Source: Lama glama (taxonomy: Eukaryota). Taken from it: DNA of 64,000 nt. The translations under genes and the position numbers were made by a program. Numbering within the stretch: position 1 is the first letter of the stretch; the number at the start of each line of letters is the position of its first letter. The notes beneath the pieces are model-generated. The model ran no database searches and had not been told where the DNA came from. It worked only from the letters and a program-made list of their open reading frames with translations. Location of the stretch: contig CM052816.1 of assembly GCA_028534125.1 (NCBI GenBank), positions 930,001 through 994,000 on the forward strand, written 5' to 3'. Shown here one piece after another: positions 1-11,960 of the stretch.

Positions 1-1185
1 AAGGCACAGATTCTCCATCCCACAGCTGCTGGGAGAGTTGGCAAGTGGCTTCCCATGGCTGAAGAGAGACACCTTGCCCTAGGCCTTTATCCTTAGGTGG
101 GTGGGGGCTACCTGAATCCCATGAGGTGGTCAATGGAGGGTACAAAGGCCTGATCACCTTGCCTCTGTTTGACCCTGAAGGGTCATCCCAGCTCCAGAGT
201 TCCCCATCTCCAGAGCATTCCATGGGATCATCTGAGGCACCAGAGGCAAATTCTCTCTGCATCCAATTTTACTTTCTTATCCACCTTCTCTTTTCACAGG
301 TCTTGATACTGAGCAGAATCTCCATTAACCTTGTGCATGCAAAGCCTGTCTCACCTTGCTTCTGGGAAACCTGACCTGTGAGGGAGGGAAATAAATAATA
401 GATTAATATCTGTAACAGTAAACAAAGTAAATTTTGCTATGTTTATTTTTAATTAATTCCATTTAAGCTCAAGTCATTCAAGAAAGAAACCTATTTGGGA
501 ACTGTCTTCACCTCTCAAGCATTCCTGAGCTCACTCACTTCTCCTCACCCCCCTCCCACACATTTCAGCCACTATCAAGGGTGACTCTGACCACAAAATA
601 AATTCCCACAAGCAGAATTCCTGGGACTAATTCCTCCCTTTTACTTAAATATTTATAAATACTTGTTGGTGAAAAATAAAACGTTCTTTCTAATGCACAA
701 TCTCAATATTTTCTCTTAATAGTCATATTAACAGTTCATCTATTTTTCTCTTTCAACTATTTGAAAGTTCATAATAGTAATTTGTTGTATGTAAATGAAC
801 AGATTCTATATTCATCTTTGCAGCAATTAAGATCTGCAATAATAAATTTATACTTAGGTTAACTGTGACATATGAAGAAGGCTTACTGTGTATTTTCTTC
901 AGCTCATGACTACTGCCTTAGACACTTTGAGATAGAGGGGTAGCTAAAGAATAAAACAATAGATTCAAAGGAATGGATTATTGAATATAAAACATTTTTG
1001 TTACCAAACTGAACTTGAGTCTGCTTGCCTGCTGCACAGCAGAGCCAATTTATTGATATGAGGTTATGGTGAAGGAGAGTATAGTGTTTATTACAGGGCT
1101 AAGCAAGGAGAATGAATAGCTCATGCTCAAAAGACTCAACCTCTCCAATAGCTTTCAGGGAAGGGCTTTTAAAGACTGTGTGAGG

Positions 1186-3750
1186 CCATAGAAATTCAAG
1201 GGATCATAAGAGGCTACTATGAGCAACTATACACCAACAAAAAGGACAATATAGAAAAAATGGACAATTTTTTAGAAAGATACAATTTGCCAAGACTAAA
1301 CCATGAAGAAATAGAAAATACAAATAGACAAATTACATATTAACAAATTTAACAAATGTGAATTACAAATTAACAAATTGAAGAATAAAAATCATATGAT
1401 CATCTCAGTAGATGCAAAAAAAGCTTTTGATAAAATTCAACATCCATTTATGATTAAAAAAAACTCTCCAGAAATGGGCATAGATGGAACATACCTCAAC
1501 ATAATAAAGGCCATATATGACAAACCCGCAGGTGGCATCATACTCAATTGTGAAAAGCTGAAAGCATTTCTTCTAAGATCAGGAACAAGACAAGCATGTC
1601 CACTTTTGCCACTTTTATTAAACATAGTTTTGAAAGTTCTAGCCACAGCAATCAGAGAGGAAAAAGAAATAAAAGGAACCAAAATTGGAAAAGAAGAAGT
1701 TAAACTGTCACTGTTTGCAAATGACATAATACTATATATAGAAAATCCTAAAGATGCCACCAGAAAACTACTAGAGTTCATCAACAAATTCAGTAAAGGT
1801 TCACAATACAAAATTAATACACAAATCAGTTGCATTTCTAAACACTAACAATGAAATCACAGAAAAAGAAATTAAGGAAAGAACCCCATTTATCATTGCA
1901 TCAAAAAGAATAAAATACTAGGAATAAACCTAACTAAGGAGGTAAAGGGCCTATACTCTGAAAACAAGACACTGATGAAAGAAATTGAAGATGACACAAA
2001 TAGAAAGATATATCATGTCTTGGGTTGGAAGAACCAGCATTGTTAAAAATGGTCATATTACCCAAGACAATGTAATACAGATTCAATGCAATCCGTATCA
2101 ACTTGCCAATGACATTTTTCACAGAGTTGGAACAAAAAAATGTTAAAATTTGTATGGAAACACAAAAGACCCTAAATAGCCAAAATAATCTTGGAAAAGA
2201 AGAACGGAGCTGGAGGAATCATGCTCCCTGACTTCAGACTATACTACAAAGCTACAGTAATCAAAACAGTATGGTACTGGCACAAAAACAGACGCACAGA
2301 TCAATGGAATAGGATAGAAAGTCCAGAAATAAATCCATGTACTTATGGTCAATTAATTTACAACAAAGAAGGCAAGAATATACAATGGAGAAAAGACAGT
2401 CTCTTCAATAAGTGGTGCTGGGAAAACTGGACAGCTACATGCAAAAGAATGAAATTAGAACATTCTCTAACACCATATACAAGAATAAACTCAAAATGGA
2501 TTAAAGATTTCAATGCAAGACCAGATACTATAAAACTAGAGGAAAATATAAGCAGAACACTCTTGTACATAAATCACAGCAATATTTTTTTTTATCAAAA
2601 CAGCTCCTAGAGTAATGGAAATAAAAGGAAAAACTAAACAATTGGGATCTAATAAAACTCAAAAGCTTTTGCATATCTAAGGATACCATAAACAAAATGA
2701 AAAGACAACCTACAGAATGGGAGAAAATATTTGTAAATGATGCAACTGAGAAGGGACTAATTTCCAAAATATACAAACAGTTTGTACTCCTTAATATCAA
2801 AAATACAAGCAACCCAATCAAAAAATGGGCAGAATACCTAAATAGACATTTCTCCAATGAAAACATCCAGATGGTCAATAGGCACATGAAAATATGCTCA
2901 CTATCACTAATTATTAAAGAAATCCAAATCAAAACTAAAACGAGGTGTCACCTCACACCAGTCAGAATGGCTATCATTAAAAAGTCTACAAATAATGAAT
3001 TTTAGAGATAGCATGGAGAAAAAGGAAACCCTCCTACACTGTTGGTAGGAATGTTAATTGGTTCAGCCAATACGGAGAAGAGTATAGCGGTTCCTCAAAA
3101 AACTGAAAATACACTTACCATATGATCCAGCTATCCCACTTTTAGGCATATATCCAGATAAAACTAATGTGAAAAGACACATGCACCCCAATGTTCACAG
3201 CAGCACTATTCACTATTTACAAAAGCCAAGACATAGAAGCAACCTAAATGTCCATCAGCAGATGATTGGATAAAGAAGATGTAGTATATATATATACAAT
3301 AGACTGTTGCTAAGCTAGAAAAAAGAATGAAATAATGTCATTTGCAGCAACATGGATGGATCTAGAGATTATCATATTAAGTGAAGTAAGTTAGAGAAAG
3401 ACAAATATCATATGATATCACTTACAGGTGGAATCTAAAAAAAATACACAATTTATTTACAAACCAGTAATAGACTCATAGACATAGAAAATACACTGTG
3501 GTTACCACAGAGGAAAGAGTGGGGAGGGGTAGATTAGGAGTTTGAGATTAATAGATACACATTACTGTGTATAAAACAGATAAACAACAAGGACCTACTG
3601 TATAGCACAGGGAACTATATTCAATTTCTTGTAATGAGCTGTAAAGGAAAAGAATCTGAAAAAGAAATGTATGTATAACTGAATTGCTTTACTATACACA
3701 TGAAACAGATATTGTAAATCGATTACACTTCAATAAAAAATAAGAATTAT
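1186..3750 (+). mobile_element. 5'-truncated, disrupted LINE-1 (ORF2 RT and C-terminal fragments plus 3' UTR)
   Basis: ORF pieces [84 protein letters not shown] are L1 ORF2 motifs; frameshifts and stops; target-site duplication AAAGACTGTGTGAGG (1171-1185) / AAATATAGTGTGAGG (3905-3919) after TTTT. Confidence 0.97.
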
Positions 3751-3754
3751 ATTT

Positions 3755-3904
3755 AACATCTTGTAGTAGCTCAAGGTGAAAAAGAATATGAAAATGAATA
3801 TACATATATCCATGTATGACTGAAGCATTGTGCTGTACATCAGAAATTGACACAACATTGTAAACTGACTATAACTCAATAAAAAAAAGAATTAAAAAAT
3901 AAAT
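3755..3904 (+). mobile_element. Short L1 3'-end fragment of a second subfamily inside the A-rich tail of the larger L1
   Basis: GGTGAAAAAGAATATGAAAATGAATAT...GACTATAACTCAATAAAAAAA, the same tail seen at ~30611, ~33300 and ~42390. Confidence 0.8.
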
Positions 3905-4507
3905 AAATATAGTGTGAGGGAGAGGGTTGCAGGGTGTGTGATCAGCTCATGCTCGTTCTCTGATTGGTTGATGGTGAGGTAACAGTGTGATGTCACAGGG
4001 ATCAGCATCTCAATCCTCAGGCTCCCGCTGACCACGCGGCTATGTGCTCAGGGTCATTATGTGGTTAGCTTCTTCCAGCTGGTGGGGGTTTTAATGTCTC
4101 TAAAGCAACTCAAGGATGTGGCTCAGGATATCATCTATAGCCTTTCAGGGGGAACTAAATATCCTTGACTTTGCTTCATGGCTTAGCTATTGTTAATTTG
4201 TCTTGCTTGACTGTTTTGCTTTGTTTCTGCATTTTCTCACTTTTCTGATTAAATTTTCTCTTTGGAACTTGGGAAATGCCTAGGAGGCTAAAGCTGTTCT
4301 ACAAACAAGAGGCAGGGGACATGGTTGGGGTGGGGAGCTGTCCTCAGGAAGGCCCTGCAAGGTCTTTCACAGTTTCATGTTTATGAACAAATCTGTCATT
4401 AACAACAATTGTCTTATTCATTAAGCATTTTGTGTGTCTATTCTACTTATGGTTATTATATCTTTTAATACATATGCTCTTATAAATAAATTCATGAAGA
4501 AGATGTA

Positions 4508-5284
4508 TTGAAGTCCCCCAGTACCTGTGAATGTGACCTTATTGGGATATAAGGTCTTTGTAAATGGTCAAGTTAAGATGAGGTCTTTAGAGTGGGCCTC
4601 CATACACTATGACTGATGTCCTTATGGAAAAGGAACACTGGGGCACAGACACAGGCAAACACAGGAGATGATGTGAAGGGACACCAAGAGAATGTCATTT
4701 AAAGCCAAGGAATGCCTGATGTTAGCAGAAGCTAGGGGAGATGCATGGAACCAATTCTCCTGCATGGCCCTCAGGCACCTTGATTTTAGATTTCTAGCTC
4801 CATAACTGTGACAATAAATGTGTGTTATTTAAGCCACCCAATTTATGTTACTTTGTTCCAACAGCCCCAGGAAATGAATACAAATGGCAAAGAGGAATTT
4901 GAAGATGTTGGTTAAGATAATGATTTTTAGATGGGGACATTGCCCTGGGACGTCTGCCCCTAAACTGAATCACAAGAGGGAGGGGTACGGAGGTTTGACT
5001 GTAGAAGGAGATGAGACAGTGGAAGCAGGGATTTGAAGATGCTAGGCTACCGACTTTGAAGACAGAGAAAGGGGCCATAATTCAAGGAATACAGATGGCC
5101 CCTAGGGTCTGAAGAAGGTAAGAATTTTTCTCCTCAGAGACTTCAGAAGGAACCGGCATGCTGACTCTAAACCAATGAAACTAATTTTGTACTAATTTTG
5201 ACTTCCAGAGCTGTAAGAGAAAGAGTTCTTTTAAGCCATCAAGTTCGTGGTCATTTGTTACAGCAACAGTAAGAAACTAATACA
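4508..5284 (+). mobile_element. Two adjacent or nested MaLR (MLT1-like) LTRs
   Basis: Typical MLT1 text CCCCAGTACCTGTGAATGTGACCTTATT...; two 3' ends, GGAAATGAATACA (~4882) and GAAACTAATACA (~5284). Confidence 0.75.
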
Positions 5285-5888
5285 CCGTTGAAGGCATGGT
5301 ATGAGATGGTCTTCATTTTAAAAATATCAGCATGCCTGCCGTACAGCAACATTAATTGGGATGGGGCAAAAAAGACGGGGGGCAGACCAAGTGGGAGGTA
5401 AATGAAGATGGCCACTCAGCTAAGCTGGTAGATGTGGGGGAGGTTGGGGTGGATATAAAAGGGAGTAAATGCAGACTTCACGATTCAGCCGAGTCTATCC
5501 TTCCAACAGAGGCATTAATCATCTTGGTTACGCACAGGGTTTGGGGTCTCCATCAGCTTGGAGCACTCAGCTAACATCTGAGCAGACTCCTTTTTCAAGG
5601 GAGATCATGCGAAGTATGAGTCATGTTGACCAGACTGGCTTTGGTGCAGAGCATCTAGGGTAAGGAGCCTCCTGCTGGCTCTGCTCAGCGCATGCTGTCA
5701 CATGCTCCTCTACCCTCCCCATATCTGACGTCCTTATAGGTGTGGCTACGTGAAACATTAGGTGGGGCTGTTTCAGTTCACCCCAGCTAACACTCAAAGC
5801 CCTTTCTGATTTGAGGGTCCTCATCAGTAACAATGAAACCACTAGAAGATAGTCAGATGGCTTAATTGGAAATTAAGTGGTATAGTTT

Positions 5889-6374
5889 TGTCAACTGAAA
5901 TAAATACACATCCTAAAGGTTGAGAGTTATATTTCATTTGGTGGACAATTCTGAGGCGTCAGCCCGGGATGACAGCCCCTCAGATGGCTCTGAGGGACTG
6001 CTCCGAAAAGGTAGGGGAGGAGCCAGGATACATAGGAGCTTTACAACAAAGACCAGGTAGTTGAAACATTAAAAGATTACTTGTTAACTAAAGAAAACAA
6101 GGCATCTCAAGCTAAAGAATTTAGCGCTTTTCTATGCGTGGAGGAAGCAAACATTTGGGCTCACGGAATTCATTCCTTTGACAAGCACATACCTATTTAT
6201 GGCCAATGTCCTGTCCTTTCTTATTCTGAGTCCCCTCAGAGTGCACCACTGCAGAGTGGCTGCAGAGGCCGGGCTGCAGGCTTGTCTTCACTAGGGGTGG
6301 TGGCAGCCGCTGATGACTTGATGGCTTCCACATTCTTTGTTTACTGATATGGCTTGCAGTATTTTTTGTTCACA
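5889..6374 (-). mobile_element. ERV1 solo LTR (MER41-like, cetartiodactyl type)
   Basis: TG...CA termini (TGTCAACTGAAA ... TTCACA), ~490 bp, inserted in an old L1 ORF2 remnant. Confidence 0.65.
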
Positions 6375-6510
6375 ATTTTAAATAACCCATGGTCAAAGAA
6401 GACTACCACAATGGAGATACAACATATTTTAAACTGAATGACAACAAAAAAAACAATTGCTGTACTTCAAAGAAATTTTTTATCATTAAAAGCATGTATT
6501 AAAAAGCTAC

Positions 6511-6632
6511 GGGGGTGGGGTGGGTATAGCTCAGTGGTAGAGTGACTGCCTAACATGCACAAGGTCCTGGGTTCAATCCCCAGTATTTCCATTAAAAATA
6601 AATCAATAAAAACCTAATTACCACCCTCCCCT
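6511..6632 (+). mobile_element. tRNA-derived SINE (Vic-1-like)
   Basis: GGGTATAGCTCAGTGGTAGAG (A box) ... GGTTCAATCCCCAG (B box), then an A-rich tail with AACCTAATTACC. Confidence 0.9.
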
Positions 6633-7017
6633 GCCCTCATTCCCCCAAAAGGCACAGAAGGCTTCACTGGTGATTCCTCTAAATGTTTATAGCATCAATT
6701 TAAAATCTTTCAGACAACAGAAAAAGACAGAAGACTTCCCAACTTGTTTTCACAGGCCAACTTCACTTTGATATCATAATCTCACAAGGATAATACAAGG
6801 AAGAAACATTACAGGCCAAACTCCCACATGAATGGAAGGAGGAGTCTTAAACAAAATGTTAGCAAGTTGATCCAGCAATATAGGAGGACAATCTATGACA
6901 AACATTGGGGTTTATTCCTAGAATGCATGAATGTTTTACCACCCAAAAGTCAGACTTTGATAGTCATGTTTTTTGAAACTCTGATTTCTTTCATCTTTTT
7001 TCTCTTTTTCTCCCCCC

Positions 7018-7377
7018 CACTTTTATTGAGATATAATTGACGTATAACATTGTATAAGTTTGTGGGGTGCAATGTAATGATTGTATATATGTGTATATTG
7101 TGAAATGACTACCACAGTAAGGTTAGTAAACATAGTCACAAAGTTCTTTCCTTGTGTTGAGAACTTTTAAGATCTATTTTCTTAACAACTTTCAAAAATA
7201 CAACATGGTATTGTTAACTATAGTCATCACGCTGTACATTACATCCCTAGAACTTATTTATCTTATAACTGGAAGTTTGTACCTTTTGACGACCTTCTTC
7301 ACCCAATTCTCCCACCTTTCTCCCTGCCCCCCAGCCTCTGGCAACCGGTGGAAACTCTTTCTTTCTCTCTTTCTTTT

Positions 7378-7463
<86 letters not shown>

Positions 7464-7607
7464 TTCCTTCCTTCCTTCCTTCCTTCCTTTCTCTTTCTTT
7501 CTTTCTGTCTTTCTTTTCTTTCTTTCTTTCTTTCTTTTTTTCTTCCTTCCTTCCTTCCTTCCTTTCTTTCTCTTTCTTTCTTTCTGTCTTTCTGTCTTTC
7601 TTTCTTT

Positions 7608-7646
<39 letters not shown>

Positions 7647-7810
7647 GAGATTCTACATATAAGTGAGATCATACGGTATTTGTCTTTCTCTGTCTGATTT
7701 ATTTCATTTAACAGAATGCCCTCAAGCTTCAGCCATATGGCTACGAATGGCAGGATTTCCTTATTTTTTAATAGATTAATAGTACTCCATCATATATACA
7801 TCACATTTTC
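7018..7810 (-). mobile_element. L1 3' UTR fragment containing an expanded microsatellite
   Basis: TTTTATTGAGATATAATTGAC...; ATAAGTGAGATCATACGGTATTTGTCTTTCTCTGTCTGATTTATTTCA is antisense L1 3' UTR. Confidence 0.8.
7356..7646. repeat. Compound (TTTC)n/(TTCC)n microsatellite
   Basis: Direct tetranucleotide repeats; source of the low-complexity F/L/S and K/E/R ORFs. Confidence 0.98.
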
Positions 7811-8087
7811 TTTCCTGGTTTCTTTTTTTTTAGCATCGTTAGAACCTTTTTATCATAAGTGTTCTTTCCCCACCCCCAGTTTTAACGAGATGTAATTGAC
7901 AACACCACTGTATTAAGTTTAAGGTGTACAGCATCGTGGCTTGACTTAAATTATATCATGAAATGATTACCACAAAATTTTGTTAACCTTAATTATCATC
8001 TCATATCAATACAAAAAAATTTGTGTTCTTGTGATGAGAATTTTTAGGATTTACTCTCTTCACTTTCATATGTAACATACAACAGTG

Positions 8088-8645
8088 TGATATTCATGTT
8101 TATAGTTGCTCAGAGACTGAATATACAGGCAATGACTGGACTACATATAAAAATGGAACTGTGACCTACAACCTGCAGAAACTTACCTAGGAAATCATGC
8201 TTCTTACGTACAAATAAACAGCGCAGAAAGCCAACCTGCTGTAAGCCAGGCTTGTAGGAAGTCAGGGTGCTAGCTTTAGTAACAATCTAGGAAGTGAAAC
8301 AGTCTCTTCTGTAACAATAGACCCAAATGGCCAAGACTTGATTAGTAACTGACAAATCCCTTAATTTTTGCCCCACTTCCAATTTAGGACCAACGACAGA
8401 GACCCAAATGTACACTAACCAATCATCCTGCTCTTGTTAGCCTGCCTACAGCTTCTTCAAACCAGTATCCTCCAATCAGGGCACTCCTGGAACTTCCTTT
8501 TTTCCCCTCTAAAGTTTTCCCAACTCCTCTGCCAGACTTTGAGTCTCTGCCAAAATCTAAGTGAAGGGGCTGACTCCCTTGCTAGAGCAAGCTTTGAATA
8601 AACACCCTTTGCTTTCCTCGTGTGGCTGGTCTTCATTTAATTCCA
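8088..8645 (+). mobile_element. ERV solo LTR
   Basis: TG...CA termini flanked by CAGTG direct repeats (8083-8087, 8646-8650); CCAAT boxes and AATAAA at ~8597. Confidence 0.65.
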
Positions 8646-8839
8646 CAGTGCTCAATAATTACTTGTTAAATGAAAAACGAATAACCAATAATTGAGCCTA
8701 TAAATGTATAGGACATCCATTGAGTACAAGTTTCATAGAAAAACTGAGCAGGCTCCACTTTCTGTCATCTATGACAAAACCTCCAGAGTCTAGCTAGATA
8801 CTCACTCCTCACTCTGACACTCAGTGTGACCACATTCTC

Positions 8840-9120
8840 TCCCAGCCCCCAGGGGTGAAGTAGGGGTGAAGACCCCTGAGCGGGAGTGTAGGTGAATGTG
8901 TCAAGGGGATGCCTCCTTCCTTTGTTTAAGTGGGAGTCTGGGGTATTTTCCAGAGCCAGGGCTATGGGGAGTGAACTTTGTCCTGAAGCCATTTCACTAA
9001 TGTTGGCTTTCTCCGCGGGGTGGAGTGTCTGGTCTATTCCCTGGGGTCATTATGAGTTGACTGGAGTGTCCCAAGACACCTGCTCTGAAACTGGAGGTAT
9101 AAACCTGGGACATGAGCTCA
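8840..9120 (+). promoter_or_regulatory. Putative olfactory receptor promoter (O/E-EBF plus homeodomain sites)
   Basis: TTCCCTGGGG (9037-9046) directly abutting TCATTA (= TAATGA reversed, 9047-9052); further O/E-like CCCCCAGGGG (8846-8855) and CCTGGGA (~9104); ~1.5 kb upstream of the OR ATG. Confidence 0.5.
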
Positions 9121-9699
9121 TCAATTCTGTAAGAAGCAGAGGAGCATCTTGGACGGTTAGCGCTGTAGGTTTTTACTTGGAGCCATGGAGGTGGAGGAGA
9201 GTCTGTGTGTAAGACCCTTTCCCAGGCTGAGATTTGCAGGTCAGGGTGGAAGGTGACCTTTGGGGAAGGAAATAGGGCTGGTAGGTGCTAAAGAGGTGAG
9301 GGAAAACCTAACAGATGAGGGACCAAAGGTGACTGGGAAGTGGTGAAGTTACTCTGACTTCAGGCTTCAGCCTAGAGAGTGTCAGGCTGGACACAGGGAT
9401 ACCTCTATGCTGTCAAGTGACAAAGGCTGTCAGCACCAGAGACGTGAAAGACGGTAATCCTGGCTTTCTTGGGCAAAATTGTTATGTTTGCTCATTTGTT
9501 CTCCAGTCTCTGGACTGAGTCCCAAAGTCGGCAGGCAGACCTGCTGGGCCCTTGCCACCCATGGCCCATGTCACGGTGGGATTCCTGACAGTGCTGCTCT
9601 TGGAATCTACCTCCCTGAGCTGTGCTCTGGCCCCCTTTGCGGGCACGTCTCTGGAACTCAGTATGTCCTAGGATTTCCCTCTCCGCTGCCATGATTTTC

Positions 9700-10287
9700 T
9701 GACTCTGGAAATATAATTAAAAGCCAAATCTCCTCCCTACCCTGAAAACCTCCCCACAAAGGTAGAAGGGAAAGTAAAGAGTTTTATTTTCGAATAAGCA
9801 TTAAATCAGAATGTGACGTGCATCACAGGCGGCCTGCTAAGAGGTTGCAAAGACAGAAGGAAGACCGCCCTTTCGTACAGCCAGGCGGTGGCAGCCCATT
9901 ACACACATGCTCTCGAGATACAGTAACCTGTCTTCAAGGAAGAGGACTCGACAGCGCCATCTGGCTCACAAGGTTCATCCTACATTCACCTGGTAATTGG
10001 GAGGACTGTCTGTATTAGTTAGTTGGCTTTATCCAAAGGAAATACAAACTTCTCACAGGTTATGGCAAGAGATAATTCTGCACCTTGGGGCAAAGTGCCT
10101 GCTGGACTTAGGGTCCTGCCCTCCTGTAAAGCCTCGGAAATAGGGGCTTTATCTTCCTTGATGGTTGCAGTTGAAAGAGACCGAACCTAAGTCCTTGAGA
10201 AAAGACATCCCTGGGTCGGAAAACTGGCTGGAAGCTTATTTCGCTTTTTAAATGTTTGTGTACATTTCGGAGACAAATAACTTACAA
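9700..10287 (-). mobile_element. ERV1-class LTR (MER34-like) in the probable OR 5' intron; boundaries approximate
   Basis: TTTTATT at ~9783 and LTR-like composition; similar in reverse orientation to the element at ~25.7-26.2 kb. Confidence 0.5.
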
Positions 10288-10539
10288 CCCCCCCACTTCT
10301 ATGGGGGCCCAATTACTAGTCTTTCAAGAGAAGCTAAGATCAAATCTTGCTTGGGAACCACTGAGGGCAACTGAGAGGAAATAGATTTTCACTGCAGGAG
10401 GAAAGGATGGGGCTAAGACAGAACCTGGGCAGTGATCTTTAGAAGATATAAGAGACAGTTTCCTTGTATGATGGAGATGCCAGGTGAGCATTTTATTTTT
10501 ATGTTTACACATTTATTTTTTTTTCTCAGGGTCAAGGCC

Positions 10540-11472
10540 ATGGACATCTGGAACCACACCTCCCTATCAGACTTCATCCTCTTGGGCCTGTTCAGCCACT
10601 CACCTTCTGACTTCCTCCTGTTTTCCCTTGTCCTTCTGGCCTCTGCTGCCGCCCTGGCCAGCAACATCTTCTTCCTCCTGCTCATCCAGGCCGACAAGCG
10701 CCTGCACACCCCAATGTACTTTTTTCTCAGCCAGCTGTCCCTCATGGACCTGACCATGACGGGCACGGTGGTGCCCAAGATGGCAGCCAACTTCCTGTCG
10801 GGCAGGAGGTTCATCTCTTGGGGCGGCTGCGCGGCTCAGGTCTTCTTAGTGGTCATGGTAGGAGGAGCTGAGTGCTTCCTCCTGGCGGCCATGGCCTATG
10901 ACAGGTACGTGGCTGTGTGCCACCCCCTGCGGTACCCTGTGCTCATGAACTGGAAGGCCTGCTCTCTCCTGGCCTTGGCATCCTGGCTGGGTGGAGTGGC
11001 CGACAGCATGGTCGACGTGGGCATGGTCTTCAGCTTCCCCTACTGCGGCTCCCTCCACGTGGACCACTTCTACTGCGAGGTCCCCGCCCTGCTGCGGCTC
11101 TCCTGTGCCGACACCTCGCTCTTCGAGGACCTCGTCTATGCTTGCTGTGTGATCATGCTGCTGCTTCCCCTGGGGGTCATTGTGGCTTCCTATGCCCGGG
11201 TCCTCACGGCTGTGATTAGAATGCCCTCCACTGAGGGGAAACAGAAGGCACTGACCACTTGCTCCTCCCATCTGGCTGTGGTGAGTCTTTACTATGGGGG
11301 AGCCATTTTTAGCTACATGCAGAGAGCCTCTGCTAGGACACCGGTGGGAGACCGAATCACCTCCATCTTCTACACCATCCTCACCCCAATGCTCAACCCA
11401 GTCATTTACAGTCTGAGGAACAGGGAGGTGGGGAGGGCCCTGAAGAAGGTGTTGGGGAGATGGGGAGTGTAG
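10540..11472 (+). CDS. Olfactory receptor, family 2 (OR2V-related), 310 aa, intact single coding exon
   Basis: ATG in GCCATGG context at 10540 just after a polypyrimidine-AG acceptor (10528-10529); N-glycosylation site NHT; motifs LHTPMYFFLSQLS, MAYDRYVAVCHPLRY, HFYCE, SY, KALTTCSSHL, PMLNPVIYSLRN; no stops or frameshifts. Confidence 0.97.
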   Translation: MDIWNHTSLSDFILLGLFSHSPSDFLLFSLVLLASAAALASNIFFLLLIQADKRLHTPMYFFLSQLSLMDLTMTGTVVPKMAANFLSGRRFISWGGCAAQVFLVVMVGGAECFLLAAMAYDRYVAVCHPLRYPVLMNWKACSLLALASWLGGVADSMVDVGMVFSFPYCGSLHVDHFYCEVPALLRLSCADTSLFEDLVYACCVIMLLLPLGVIVASYARVLTAVIRMPSTEGKQKALTTCSSHLAVVSLYYGGAIFSYMQRASARTPVGDRITSIFYTILTPMLNPVIYSLRNREVGRALKKVLGRWGV

Positions 11473-11960
11473 ACATGCCCACCCTCCTGGGGGCTTCCTC
11501 TCTTGTTCTGCTCCTTCCTCTGCAAGCTCGGTTTCCCTTGTGGCTCATCTTCCTCCTCTGGACTCATTGGGCCCCTCTGGCTGGTTGGAGTGAGGCTATG
11601 AGCTGAGCAATCTGAAAACATTTGGGTGGAAGACGTCAGGGTGACAGATGTCAGTGATCAGTTTCACAGCCTTTCCTCCACTGAGCACCACCATTTCCAT
11701 CCATTAGAGGTCCTTAGGTCCACTATTGACATTTTCCCTAGGGTTGCTAGGGGCAGTTTTCTTCTGAACTGCACGTTAAAAGTGACGGAAGCATGGGACC
11801 CAATTCAGAAGTCATTTGCCCCTGAAATGCGGTGCAAAGGTCAGAGCGAGAGTCTGAGATGTAGGAGGTGCGCAGCCTTGGGCATCACTTCATTCTCTGG
11901 ATTTCACTTTATCGTCTGTACCATCATCGCTACCAGTAAAGTCAGTCTAACATTCCCTGA

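Larger units (their letters stand above)
999..4377 (-). mobile_element. ERV-type solo LTR interrupted by an L1 insertion (LTR halves ~999-1185 and ~3920-4377)
   Basis: TG start at 999 and CA end at 4377; TTTATT (minus-strand polyA signal) near 1087; sequence reads continuously across the L1 once the duplicated target is removed. Confidence 0.65.

Noticed and set aside
7154..7672. ORFs rich in F/L/S or K/E/R (also 14126-14725)
   Set aside because: Translations of (TTTC)n microsatellites
10432..10539. N-terminal extension of the OR ORF (346 aa)
   Set aside because: Runs through a polypyrimidine tract and AG acceptor; the typical OR N-terminus starts at 10540
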